Source: Stylophora pistillata (taxonomy: Eukaryota). From it: a DNA stretch of 64,000 nt. Within the stretch, counting starts at the first letter, position 1, and every line of letters starts with the position of its first letter. The stretch covers positions 413,478-477,477 of the forward strand of contig NW_019217865.1 in assembly GCF_002571385.2 (NCBI RefSeq). Reading direction: 5' to 3'. The notes under the pieces were generated by a model. The model saw nothing but the letters and a program-made list of their open reading frames with translations, searched no databases and was not told where the DNA came from. The translations under genes were made by a program, and so were the position numbers. Positions 48,711 to 60,933 of this stretch are shown one piece after another.

Positions 48711-51700
48711 CTAGTTCTGCTCTGCATGCGAAGGGATGCCTTGTGGTAAAAACTCTTGAACAGCTTCCCTGGCAGATTTCCAGTTGTGTAGTTTGATCTG
48801 CACTTGTATTGTTAATGGTGGCAGATGAGTTGCTTCTTCCTCGCCTTCCAAATTTTCCTCCTGTTTATCTTTTTCTTTAGTCTTTTTATCATCTTTACTT
48901 GACCTTCCACGGCCACCTTTTGCTTTTCCTGGAGAACCTGCACGTGGGTTTCCTTTGGATGACTTATCAGTAGAGTCTAATGAGATCAAACAAAATGGTT
49001 TCTCACAAGTCATCTTCATAAGGAAACCTTGATCATAAGGTTTAAACTGTGGAGGCCAGGAGACCCATAACTATTGATGCTTAGGTGTAGCATAATGTAT
49101 CATAGTATTGCTATTTCCTCCTGTCCTTGGGTAGGATGTGAGACCATCACAGCTAACCCCTTGAGTAATACTTGTCAATTTTTTTTAACTGTTTGGTTTT
49201 ACCCACATGTACCACTGAGTGCAGAGAGGCAATATGAAGGAAGTGTCTTTCCCAAGAACACAACAAAAGGACAAAGTCAGGGCTCTGGCTGGAGCTCTCA
49301 ATCCTGAGTCTAGCATACTAACCTTTATGAAGCACTACACTCCCCTGGAAACTACCACACACCCCTCCCGCACACAAGGTATTCACAAACCTTTACTTTG
49401 CTTCTTCTTTTCACTGACATCAGACTTAGTACCAGACGCTGCATCCTTTTTATCACTATCACCAGTCTCCTCTCTTCCTTCACATACACTCTCAATCTCC
49501 ACTTCCAGTTCTCCTTCCAGTAGAGAATTCAGTGGAACATTACAAGATCCCAGTATGTAGCGAGTTCTGGGTAGCTCAAATAACTCAATATCATCCTGTT
49601 TATTTTTCCTGCCTTTTCCATCTTTAGCCTGGAAATTCAAAGAACAAGCTTACATTGTGTTGTTAAAAGATCCAGCCACTACCCTCATCAAAAGTCACAT
49701 TTGCTTCAAAAACAATTGGTGAATTTCCATTGAAAGTGAATTTTTTTAAGGTTCAGACATTTGACATCATCACACATTCCAAAGGGGAATAAACAAGCTA
49801 AAGATGGAAGGCATGCACAACCTCAAGGGACTGTATTATAGTGATAACATGTTTTCTGAGAAACAGTTGATTTATTTGCAAACCTTGTCCCTTGCTTTTG
49901 CTGACTCTTTCCTCTTCTCCTTGCTGGGAGCTTTCTGTATTTTACTTCCTGGTCTACCTGGTAAGAAAGGAGAGAAAATATTTGAATGACTCTGATACAA
50001 TATACTCATACATTGTGATAATATATATCAACAAAGAATAAGTTCGTTTGTTTCACAACAATGGGTTTGAGCTATTGACCACTTTCATAACTGGCTGCAG
50101 ATTAATATTCTTTTGTTTAAATTTGAATTAGCCTTTCTGGCCTTGCTTGAGATAATGTATTCTTTTGAATTTTGTACTGGAGAACGAGGCCAGAAAGGCT
50201 AATTTGAATTTAAACAAAAGAATATTAATCCAGCAGCCATTTATGTAAGTGGTCTATAAATCTTTCTAGCAACACCTTACTTTTACAGGTATATGTATGC
50301 TACTCACAAAAACTGCAGATTTTAGCACTTCACCATGGAAATATATGACCAGCATCCAGTACACTGCCTCAAAGGGCTCTTTTTTTTAATCGAGTTTAAA
50401 TAATTTACACTTTGCTTCTTGGCCAAAAATAACATCGGAATTGAGAGAGATATAGGGAAATTGGATTTTTTTCACTGCAGTAGCACTTAAAACAAGCAGT
50501 GTATTATCTTACTTTTTGCTGAAGCTGGTAGCTTGGTTTCTTCATGCTGAGCTGTTGCATTAGGATCCTCCACAACATACATGTGTTTGGTCTTTACGAC
50601 AGTGAAATTTATTCCATCTTTGATGAAGTCTCTGAGTGGGACCAACAAACGAGTGTGGAACTTCTTGCTTTAGTCCAGTTCTATACAGTCCTCGTTCCAT
50701 GGTAAACTTCCTGTTGCTACTGATTGCAACAAACCTGTAAGATGAAAGGTACTTTATGGCTTTTTCCAGTTACAGATATCTTATTTAATTTATGAACTTT
50801 GTTGATATATTCAAATTAATTAGTTTTAAGGGATCATTAATATAAAGGAAGCACTAATAGGTGAAGTTGCCAAAGGATCATCTGTTGTGATGCCTAGTCA
50901 TGAAATAAACTCCTATGCAAGATCAATTACTCAACCCCACCACCATTAACAAAAGACCTTGGTACCATCAGTATAAAAAAAAAATACTGAACTCAAACCA
51001 TAACTATTACATTAGATAATAAAAAATCAATTTTATATTGGGGGTGGTGAGAAAGAGGCAAACACCAAGCATTAGCCCTTTGTCAGAGATATGAGCTGAG
51101 GAAGAGCTACTGCTTGAAACATCAGTTTTGAAACTCTTTATGGTGGCCAATCTACATCATCAACTTAGTTGATAAAACCAAAATTACCTTGTTTACTCCC
51201 CCACTGACCTAGAACCACTGACAGCTTCTTTAGAAACTTACCCCCCTTTTACTAATCACACCACCTAAGGGAAAAGAGACTTGTCAATGCTGGCAGGTCC
51301 TTCACCCATGAACCACTAGAGGTATGATCCATTTAAAAAATATCACAGTTGGACTATAATCATCAAAAAACTAACTTACCAGAGTTTTTATATGTTTGAT
51401 TATCCTCATTCCAAACTGTGCCTTCTTCCAGGGCTTCACTCTCTGCATCATCTCCAGTGATGGAGATGGTTGGTACTGACAAAGCAGGTGATTGGCACAA
51501 CACAGTTGTGGATTCAGTTTTAAGGAATTGGAATTCTACATGATATCTGTGTTCAGTCTTGGGGTAGTCTGCATTTATTTCAGGATCCTGTAGAACAAAA
51601 GTCATTTGAAATGTAATGGTAACAGCACTGGTTACTCAATGGCTGTTCCTAGCTGATAGAGTAAATTGCACTCTGCTCTCATATTATAAAGAAAAAAAAA

Positions 51701-54700
51701 ATTCCATCATATCAAGTTGGCAAAGAAAAATTAAACTTTCTCAAAAGACCATGTTTGTATTAACCCTCTGGCTGATAAGCTTGTTTGTTTTCATAACCTT
51801 TTCCAAGATAACAAATTGGAGCCACAAAGCGAAGTTTTATGGTTGTCACCACTGGGTGTGAAAGGGTTAATTAACATGTGTTTTGCTTAATCCCTATTTA
51901 TATGAGGAGGCAAAATAATTGGATGGTAAGTGGGCTGAACTCTAAGTTAAGAGGATCTGGATTTAAGCCCTGGCTGGTTCAGTGTTAAACATTCTTATTC
52001 GACACTCCCTCTTCAACCAGTAGTAATGGAAGTCAGGTATTAAGTTACCTCAATCTCTGGAGGTACTTTAACACCTTTAATGGTCTTGATGGACACCATT
52101 ATCTGAGCTTCATCAACAGGAACATCTGAAAAACATCAACAAATATTTTTAGATTTACCTTGTACCATATGCATGATGTTACTTTACTTTAAGTACTATC
52201 ACTTGCGGTAATACTTTAAATTTATAGTTGAGTAAATAGTACCTTTCAAATGGAGAAAACAGAGGCATACCTTTCAGTTTAGAGAGCCCTTTAAAGAAAT
52301 GCTTTTCATCAGCTGATATTCTGATATCATCCAGAATCGTCAGTTGACGAATGGAGTCAATTGCATAACCACGGTAACCTGGTACAAGCTGAAAAAGTTA
52401 ATCAAAGATGTTTATTTTAGGAAATGATTAAAGATCAAACGACATTTGTCACCTTAAAAGCAACAGTGCAAGTTCAACCCAGTGAACTGTGTCATCATGA
52501 TAACTCAACGCTTGTCTCTCCCAAAGAACCTTCTGATTTAAAATCAAAATGCTTCCAAAGTGTCAATGTGGAAAATTTTTTCTGTATGTACCTAGCAGTG
52601 AATGACATCAATTTTTCTAAGATGCTATCCTACAAGAGTCATACCTAAGGAAGGTAAAATAGCAGATATTAGGAAACTTACTGCTAAAGGATTTCCTTGA
52701 AGAACAAGATTCTTCAGTTTAGGTAGAGTTTTAAGCACATTGATGGTGTGGTATAAATCTGCAAGATTATTGAAGCTTAAATCCAAAGATAAAAGGTGTG
52801 GCCTAAGAATGAACATAAGGAAAAAGTTAACTACCAAGTACTGGTTATAATGGTAAATTTGAATTATTTTTAAAAATAAGTTTTTCTGCTGTTACTCATT
52901 AGGTGATTGCAAGACTGGATATAAATTATGAGTAACTTTCAGTATTTTGACAGATTTCCTGGAGTCTTGTAACGATTTTTTAATTTTCTTTAAATAAAAA
53001 TTTGTTCCCCTGGGTGAACAGAGGCTCTTTCTGGTTCAATTGCTTCACCTGAGAACTAAAAATAATGATTCAGTGGGGCCTGAACGTGTACCACTTATTC
53101 CTGAGCTCAGCAGACTAACAATTAGGACAAATTAATAAAGAGGGTAAGTTACTAAAGAAATCGTGGTGCTACATCAGTGGGGAGGTGTATATTTTTTAAT
53201 TTGGCTACCGTAAAGAAATCTAAAGGTGATGTTTCAAGCATTAGCCCTTCCTTTTTCCCGCTGATAATTATGTAACACAGACATGTGCAAGGTTGTGATG
53301 AACTTGTTTTTAAAGTGAGAGTGGCTTCAAGCAAGTACATGAATCCACTATTACTTTGTAAGCAGATTGAAAACCATTCGGGTAAGGATTCTGTCCAGCC
53401 TCTACTATATTTTGATGTAAAAAGAATGTTTTCCAGGTATTCAGTTTGTGAAATGAAACATATAGTAAACAACACGATAGTAGTAGAGGAGTGAAAGATG
53501 AGAGAGGTCTGGGTCAGGTCCTTTGTTCACTCCTCAGCTACTATTTCATTGTGAACTAATTTGTTACATTTCATTAATTGAAAGCCTAATGTAAAAAATG
53601 CTGAGATAAGTACCATGAATTTGCTTTCATATGTCCTGTGATAGAAGAAATCAGATTGTAGCTGAGTCCCAAATGAATAAGGGGTGGGGGGCATACACAC
53701 AAAGGATTTATGTCTGAGATTTGATTGGCTGCTAGTTCCAACTCCTGGAAATAGAAAAGAGCAACTTATTGAGAATTTATTCTGTGAATAGTTAGAATCT
53801 TAAGCTCTTAATTTCAAAGTATTGTGTAAAGATTAGCTTATTGTTACATCCTTGACAATATTTTTTATTTTGTCATCAATTATATACTTAGAAGAGATAA
53901 ACTAGAATTATAAAAAGAGAAATGTCTGGTTAGTAATAGCAATCCATTTATCATAATTATTATCAGGATAATATAAGGAATATACCTCTAATCCCTTTGG
54001 AAGTCTCTTTGAATCAATATTCCTGATTAAATTTGCACTCAAGGTAAGTTGTTTAAGATTTTTCAGTTGAAGAAGACCATCATCAATATCAGTTACCTGA
54101 ATGAAACAACAATGAACAATGTAATAACCAGTAATCAAATTAAATCTGCCCTCAAATAACCACACATTAGATATCATTTGTTACAACAAACAAACAAACA
54201 CAAATGAGACACCGTTACAAATTCATGTTGGACTTAATTCACTCTCACTTAAAAAGAGCTCTTCTTAGCAATAGATTGGATTGGATCATTCAATAACAAT
54301 AAATCATCAGTGTCCAGTCTTTTTGTCCAAGAGTCTTTTTGTCCAAGAGTCTTTTTGTCCAAGTCTTTTCGTCCGAAAGTATTTTCACCTAAGTCTGTTT
54401 GTTTACTTGTTAAGTCTTTTCTTGAAGCAAATAAATAACTATTATATTATATCATAGATGAGGCTATATAAAGAACTTATCAGTGCGAGCCATTGCCCTT
54501 TTTGCTGACCAATCTTTGTTTTACGAATTCAACATCATGAATTTAATACACAGAGAATGAATGAAGGTACTGTTGCAGATGATGCAATATATTTAATGAA
54601 ATAGTAGCAAAAATAAAGACTTGCTTGCCGTTTAATTATTTCACGTGAAAGAAATGGGAATATTAGGCTTATTGTTAAACGTCTATTAAGTGTAAAAGGC

Positions 54701-55935
54701 AATGAAGTGTAACATCACTTCGTGTCCGACAAACCCAAATGGCGGCGGAACTATCAGTAGGAAATAGGAGGTAACTATACTGGTATTTCAAAAATAAGAT
54801 TTTTTTTGGTAATTTCATTTTCATTATTATGTTGTCAAGTACTGGTAATTTAAACAGTAAGACATGATTTAAACCTCACCTTCTTATCAACAATTCTAAG
54901 GGACTTAAAAAATTTAAGAATAAAGGCTTCTGTAAGTTTATCTGGTGTCTTAACAGCAATTTCACGCAAGCTCTCAGCCTCACTGCTCCAAGTACAGTCC
55001 ACATCATAAGGACTCTTCACAGCCAGCTCTTGAAGATTTTCAACCGTCTCTAACTCAGCACTGTTTTCTGTTGAGGAACAGAAGAAGAGAGAAATTATGG
55101 TAAGACTTGAGTTTTAGAGAAATTGGTTGCCTCTGACTGTTGTTATTTTTGAAACAGACGTTTGGTAAGACTTCTGTCCTTTTATTCTGAATGAAAGTGT
55201 ACTGAAAAAGTAGTGATAATTAATTACTGAATGGGGACAATTCATAATACACTGAAAATAAGAAAATCTCAATATCTACGATAAAAGTAAATCATTTATA
55301 AATTATGCGAGTAATGGTAAAGATTTGGGGCAGGGGGACTTTTGCTGATTTCTTGGCCCCAAACTCCTTACCAAGTTTGCAAAACCATTTGCATGTACTT
55401 TAGTCCTAGTCCTAACTAATTACCTGCTAACATGGCTGGTACTGTTGCAGATGACCTCGTACCCTTCAGTATACCAGTACTCTTCAAACTTACGTTACTG
55501 CTGACATTGGGCGCTCTCTTATTTCAAAATGAAACAAATATTTTTAGTATCAGATCATATCTTGGGCAAGAGTACCATATAACCCGGCCCATACATAATT
55601 ATGCATTCAGACTAGTAGACTTTGTTTTTAAAGTTTTGTCGTGAAAGACAAAGAAGTGGAATGCATAATCAATGTATAGGGTTATTTAATGTATGGGGTT
55701 ATATGGTACTCTTTCCCATATCTTGACCTATCTTCACGCAAACACTGTTCCACAAATGTACAAATGTAGATTATCTACTCAGAAAAAGAGTACCGTGTTA
55801 TTTTTAAGCACAGTACAAGTTTAATTTCCAGCTTACCCAGCTGCCATAGCCACAAGGAAATTCTCGGATACATAAAGTGTTGAGCTGCGAGTGAAACGCT
55901 GCAGTAACGTTAAAGGAGGGAACGCTTTCAGTCAT
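48711..55935 (-). CDS. LRRC43: Leucine-rich repeat-containing protein 43, with an in-frame TAA at 50670-50672 in this assembly
   Basis: [108 protein letters not shown]. Confidence 0.88.
50074..50258. mobile_element. Palindromic MITE in an LRRC43 intron
   Basis: ~70-bp arms: GACCACTTTCATAACTGGCTGC..AATTAGCCTTTCTGGCC versus GGCCAGAAAGGCTAATT..GCAGCCATTTATGTAAGTGGTC. Confidence 0.85.
55564..55718. mobile_element. Small MITE in LRRC43 intron 1
   Basis: Inverted ends GGGCAAGAGTACCATATAACCC / GGGTTATATGGTACTCTTTCCC. Confidence 0.75.
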
Positions 55936-55970
55936 GTTATAACTATTTTTAAATTCTGTCCGCCATTTTG

Positions 55971-55984
55971 GTTGCCATGTAAAC
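55971..55984. promoter_or_regulatory. RFX X-box-like site in the LRRC43/TSSC4 divergent promoter
   Basis: GTTGCCATGTAAAC, one mismatch to GTTGCCATGGAAAC, 35 bp upstream of the LRRC43 ATG. Confidence 0.55.
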
Positions 55985-56043
55985 ACTCAAGAATGAGGCT
56001 GTTGTTTCCAAGCGAGCCAAATCGAGGAGATCTGGGATCCATT

Positions 56044-56793
56044 ATGGCGGAAAAGACGTCGATCGACGAACTTGAGGATAGTATTATGACAGAGAAAAAG
56101 GATGATTTTCTCCGAATATCTGGAGATAGTGATTTCCAGGGTCGTAGCAATTCTATCTTTGGATGTCTAGACAAGCTTGAACCTCAACAAAAGGCTGATG
56201 ATGGTGAACCCGAGTGCAAACCTCAAGGCGCTCGTCCGCCAAGGCGAGTACCAGACCATATTTTACACCCTCAAAAATGGACGAAGTATAGTCTGGAGGA
56301 AGATGGAAGTGAAAGGATTCAAGGAATTTCTGGCGATGCATTAAATAGACAGGCTGCTCTCTCCTTTATGGACGAGATACGCAAAAGGAAAGAAGATGCT
56401 CCCAAAGAAAATTCAGAATCCTATGTAGAGATGACTGAGAAACATGTGTTTTCGAAAACAGCCATCAAGCATAAAATGGAAATCGATGAAATACCTTCCC
56501 GCTCACAAAGTGTGGAGGGTGTGAACATTATGGCGGAATATGTAGTTGGACGATCTCGGGCTAAAGCTCCCAAAACACAGCTGTCTTCAGCTGAAAAAGG
56601 ATTTCGGTCTGCTGGGAATTCGGTTGAACTTGATCACCTGCAAAACCAGGAAGTTTCTGACTATTCCTTAGAGAAAACAAAACAGGTCTCCGATTCTGCA
56701 ACAGGAGAAAAACAAGAAGCATCCTTTACTAAAAGAAAGATCAAGGGTCGCAAGGGATTGCGTGAACGAAAAGGAACAGATGATGAAGAATGA
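56044..56793 (+). CDS. TSSC4: U5 snRNP-associated protein TSSC4, single coding exon
   Basis: FQGRSNSIFGCLD and VPDHILHPQKWTKYSLE..NRQAALSF match the TSSC4 conserved blocks; likely start ATTATGGCG at 56044. Confidence 0.88.
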   Translation: MAEKTSIDELEDSIMTEKKDDFLRISGDSDFQGRSNSIFGCLDKLEPQQKADDGEPECKPQGARPPRRVPDHILHPQKWTKYSLEEDGSERIQGISGDALNRQAALSFMDEIRKRKEDAPKENSESYVEMTEKHVFSKTAIKHKMEIDEIPSRSQSVEGVNIMAEYVVGRSRAKAPKTQLSSAEKGFRSAGNSVELDHLQNQEVSDYSLEKTKQVSDSATGEKQEASFTKRKIKGRKGLRERKGTDDEE

Positions 56794-57337
56794 TTCGTTC
56801 ATCTAGTCATATATAAATGCATATGTATAAAGCGTCACTTTGAAACAGGAACGTACCATTTAATAGTCATTGGGTTAGTATTTCCATGGGATCAAAGGAT
56901 CTTAGGTTGTTCATAATATAAGATGGCAAAGCCAGCAAAAGGAATTAACCCTCTGTCATTGTTGAACCATTGGCATGTAGTCAATTTAAGTCAATTTATT
57001 TCCCAGAATCCTCATAAATATCAACTTATCAACCTTTTTACACAATCAGAAGGTTAGGAAAACCACAGAAATTTCTAATTGACGAAGTGAAAGAAGTTCA
57101 TTCCAATCCGATTCTAGGTTATATATCTATTTGAGTTTTCAAAACATAATTTGTGATACAGAGATTAAATTCAATGGCCCTTGATAAGCAGACAGCTTAG
57201 GGGCTAAAGATATTTGACATAGCAAGGACAAAAGATGAGACTAGATATAATTTTGTGTTTGTTGAAAGAAACTTCTACCTGAGCCAGGTACCATTAAATG
57301 TAATCTAATCACTGCAGTTTTCTTCCTGAAAAAGTGT

Positions 57338-58099
57338 TCAAACCATTTTACGTTTACTTGAACGATCATAAAATTTAGGTGATTCTGCAAGACCAATTGA
57401 CTGCTGGACTTGTGGCAGTTCACGGGAATAGAATCGCCTCTCAATTACTTTATCAAAGAAAGCGTTCAACTTCTTGGCATTGAGAGATCCAGGTTTAAGT
57501 TGTCTCATATCAGTACAGTTCAGATTTATCATGTCAGCTCCAATTTCCTCTGCAAGATTTAATCCTCTAGATGAGGTAAGAATTCTTGCAGTTCCTGCCT
57601 GATCAAGTTTAGTACCCACAATTATGACTGGAATTTGGTTTCCAGCAAATTGCTCTGAGTCATAACCTTCTCCAATGTCAATTGAGAACTCAAACCAACT
57701 GTCTCTGTTTGAAGGTTGTTTAAGTGGCTGCTTGGCACTAAAGGAACTATTCCCTTCCTTCCCAGACCCCAACACTTCTGCAAGCCAACGCCTAAGATTT
57801 GTAAATGACTTCTTGTTGGTCAAATCATGAACAAGAATTAATCCATTGACTCCATTATAAAATAGCGACCGGCTGTTTTCATGGTTTGCGGAGCCTCCAA
57901 CATCCCAGAACTCCAAGAAAAAACTTTTCGTTGCGGGCGTTCCTTCTTTGTAGTCATACAGTTTTACCTCTGCAGTACATCCTATTGTCCAACCTGGGGT
58001 CGAAAGGCATTCATCGTGGCATATATGGTGAACCAAAGACGTTTTTCCCACTCCGGAATCGCCAACTACTAAAATCTTTACTTTCTCCAAGGCAGCCAT
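57338..58099 (-). CDS. RABL3: Rab-like protein 3, intronless
   Basis: VKILVVGDSGVGKTSLVH, WTIGC, YKEGTP, EFWDVGGS, GLILVHDLTNKKSFTNLRRWL, IPVIIVGTKLD, FFDKVIERRFY; no CAAX motif. Confidence 0.95.
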   Translation of the reverse strand: MAALEKVKILVVGDSGVGKTSLVHHICHDECLSTPGWTIGCTAEVKLYDYKEGTPATKSFFLEFWDVGGSANHENSRSLFYNGVNGLILVHDLTNKKSFTNLRRWLAEVLGSGKEGNSSFSAKQPLKQPSNRDSWFEFSIDIGEGYDSEQFAGNQIPVIIVGTKLDQAGTARILTSSRGLNLAEEIGADMINLNCTDMRQLKPGSLNAKKLNAFFDKVIERRFYSRELPQVQQSIGLAESPKFYDRSSKRKMV

Positions 58100-58238
58100 T
58101 TTGACACGTCGTTTAGCGTAGAGTCTGGGGACTAGTCACCAGACTTTCTTCCACTACTCTGGGCTTTTGGACAGAGAACATCGAACGCCTTGAATCGACT
58201 TTGCATTATCTGTGGTACTTGCTTACCTCTTCTTTGCC

Positions 58239-59235
58239 ATGTCTGTGCAGACCCTCATTAAAGCCCAGGGGCTTCGTCAATTGATGCTTAAAAACACAAA
58301 ATATCTGCGGCTGCTGGACGCTTCGTGGCATCTCCCATCGGAAAATCGTAATCCGAAAGAAGAATTTTTAGCTCAACGGATTCCAGGGGCTAAGTTTTTC
58401 GACATCGATGATTGTGTCGACAAGTCATCGCCTTATGAGCACATGTTACCGAAAACTGAAGATTTCTCAAAGTACGTTCGAAGTTTAGGAATTAACAACG
58501 ATAGCCATGTTGTTGTATATGATCACAGTAAAGTTGGGTTATTCTCGGCTCCCCGAGTTTGGTGGATGTTCCGTGCATTTGGGCACGATCGGGTATCGAT
58601 TTTGGATGGTGGATTTTTTAAGTGGCAGGCTGAGCCTGGCTATCCTATTTCATCGGGTCCAGAGGAGGCAGCGGAAGTTATAGGTAAATTATTCAGTTGT
58701 TAACTCGTATCCAAATTCTCCTTTCATCTTCCAGGAAGGGTATTATCCGCCCTAAAAAATTGGTTAACCATACTTATGAATAATGTCAATTTTTTTTTCA
58801 GCAGAAGGTGGACCTTTTAAAGCTTCCTTAACTCCAGGCATGTTCTGTGACTTTGATTTTGTGAAAGCCAAGTTATCAGACCCAAACATACAAATTGCTG
58901 ATGCAAGATCTCCTGGCAGGTTCTTTGGAACTGAAACAGAGCCACGTCCAAACTTTCCATCTGGTCACATTCCGCATTCAAAAAGTCTCCATTTTGCCAA
59001 ATTTTTAAACCCTGAAACAAAACTAATGAAAGACCCCCAGGAGCTGAAAAATGTATTTGATGAAGCAGGAATTGATCTTCAAAATCCACTTGTTACAACC
59101 TGTGGGTCAGGAATCACAGCTTGTATCATAGCTTTGGGAGCACATCTATGTGGAAAGAGTGACATTATGGTGTACGATGGGTCATGGGTTGAGTGGGGAC
59201 AGCGAGCTTCTCCAGATATGATAAAAAAGAATTAG
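58239..59235 (+). CDS. MPST: Tandem-rhodanese sulfurtransferase, 3-mercaptopyruvate sulfurtransferase-like; two exons
   Basis: LLDASWHLP, RIPGAKFFDID, SAPRVWWMFRAFGH, DARSPGRF, GHIP, active-site loop CGSGIT (MPST-type rather than TST CRKGVT), VYDGSWVEW; intron 58684-58801 with a tandem CAGCAG acceptor. Confidence 0.85.
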
Positions 59236-60487
59236 TTGCACACATTTTTGGTCCAAGGCAGACCTGATAACAAAAAGTGTACAATAAAAAAGTACATTTT
59301 AAGGGAAGAGGAGCAAGGTTGGCCTATTCATTAAGGGTAGAAGATTTCTCACAATCAGCTGAAGGGAAAAGTGTGTTGGAGACAAGGTTGTTAAATTGTT
59401 AGTTGATAGTGAAACTTCCAACATGACAAACAATACATATGACAAACATAGCTTGTACAAAGCAATTCTCATTCAAATAAGCAATAAGTTTGTTCTCTTT
59501 CTCCATTTCTCTCTACTTGTAAATTTATTTAAAACCAAATGAATATTTTGTAGTTTACAAGATCTCTTATAAATATTTTCATGGTGCGGAGTGATGATTT
59601 TCTTTAACCTATTGACCTCCAGTGCACCCGTATGTGCCCATGTGGACCCACACCGTTTCTATGCCTTGTGACGTCGTCACTTTTAACCTGGAGCACGACT
59701 TTGAGCACGTAGTTGAACAGGTTGAAAATATCTTACAAACGACACCAGAATGAGCACAATTGAGTGAAGGAGATTGGAGAAATAGCCAAAAAATCATGTA
59801 ACTTTGACCTGAAAATCTGTACGAAAATCTTGTTCCATTACCCACCTACCTTTCTGAGCATGTGGTTTAAAAATATGAGTTGTTTCCAAAAAAATCTCTA
59901 CACCAAAATGAAGCCTACTATATTTCCGCAAGTGAGGAGAAACTTCAGGCAAGGAGAGGGGAAAAAAGGGCAGGAGAAAGACAGAAAAGTAAAAGTCGTA
60001 AGTGGGGCATTACTTTTCAAACCAAAAACTATCTCCAAATTTTGCTTTCTGCGCATGCCCAAGATTTTCAGGCCGCCATTTTGCATTTGGATCGAAAGGC
60101 CTTCGAGTGAACAAGCTGTCAATCGGTTTGTGGTGAGTTTGAGCTTTTAAAACCACAACAGTGACCCGAAATCTGCTCGACTAGCTTCAAAACACAGTTT
60201 TTAACAAAATCTGCGGCTATTAATGGATTAAACATTATGATCAAAATATGGTTGAAAAAGTTGTCTGTAGCAACCTTGTCCAATTTTAAGGAAATGGTCA
60301 TCACCTATTGCATAGGAAGTCAAGGAACTCCTTACTCAAAGACAACAATAGTGTTAAAGACAGTAATGCATCTTACATAACACACCCTACAGCCAGGTGT
60401 AAAGTATTTCCAATACAAAATGATCATTTTGATTGTGTATTCCTTACTTTTGTTCTAGTATATTCATTTCAAGATTACGAAATAAGG

Positions 60488-60933
60488 ACCACCTCCCAGT
60501 TAGCTCAATTGGTTAGAGCACTGGACTGTTGTGCGGGAGGTTGAGGGTTTGAGCCCCGGCCAGACCAACACTCGGGGGTCTTAAAATAACTGAGGAGACT
60601 GTGCTACCTTTGCTATGATATCTGCAAATGGTTAGACATTCTAGTCTTCCCGGAGAAGGACAAAAAACTGTAGGCCCTGTCTCCTGCATCTTCTCTGTAC
60701 TGGTTAGCAGGGGAGGTTAAAGAACCCACACGCTTATCGCAAAGAGTAGCGAATGTAGCTCCCAAATTTGTGGTCTGGCCTATTTACTGGAAATTGGGGG
60801 CATCTGTTAGATTTGCCTTTATTCATTGTAAACTGCCACAAGCAGTCTGGTGAAGTCCCCCACACAGAGTTGTAAGAATGGCCCTGAAAAAGCCCCATGG
60901 GGAGTGGTTAACTAACCTATATCTGTATGTATG
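60488..60933 (+). mobile_element. Near full-length tRNA-derived SINE with (ATGT)n tail
   Basis: Head CCTCCCAGTTAGCTCAATTGGTTAGAGC..GGTTTGAGCCCCGGCC; ends GGGGAGTGGTTAACTAA..TGTATGTATG like the 13520 copy. Confidence 0.85.

Noticed and set aside
54312-54378. Short tandem repeat GTCCAAGAGTCTTTTT, CRISPR-like at first glance
   Set aside because: Contiguous 16-bp minisatellite without spacers, in a eukaryotic intron with no cas genes.
55891-56043. 51-aa N-terminal extension of TSSC4
   Set aside because: It starts at GTG, overlaps LRRC43 exon 1 and the promoter; ATG 56044 has better context.
59609-59687. Alternative last exon of FBXO21 (RLKVTTSQGIETVW)
   Set aside because: The 61626 exon already gives the expected YIPN..YPED end; this segment appears to be part of a repeat-like region (~59610-60305) and the phase match is probably chance.
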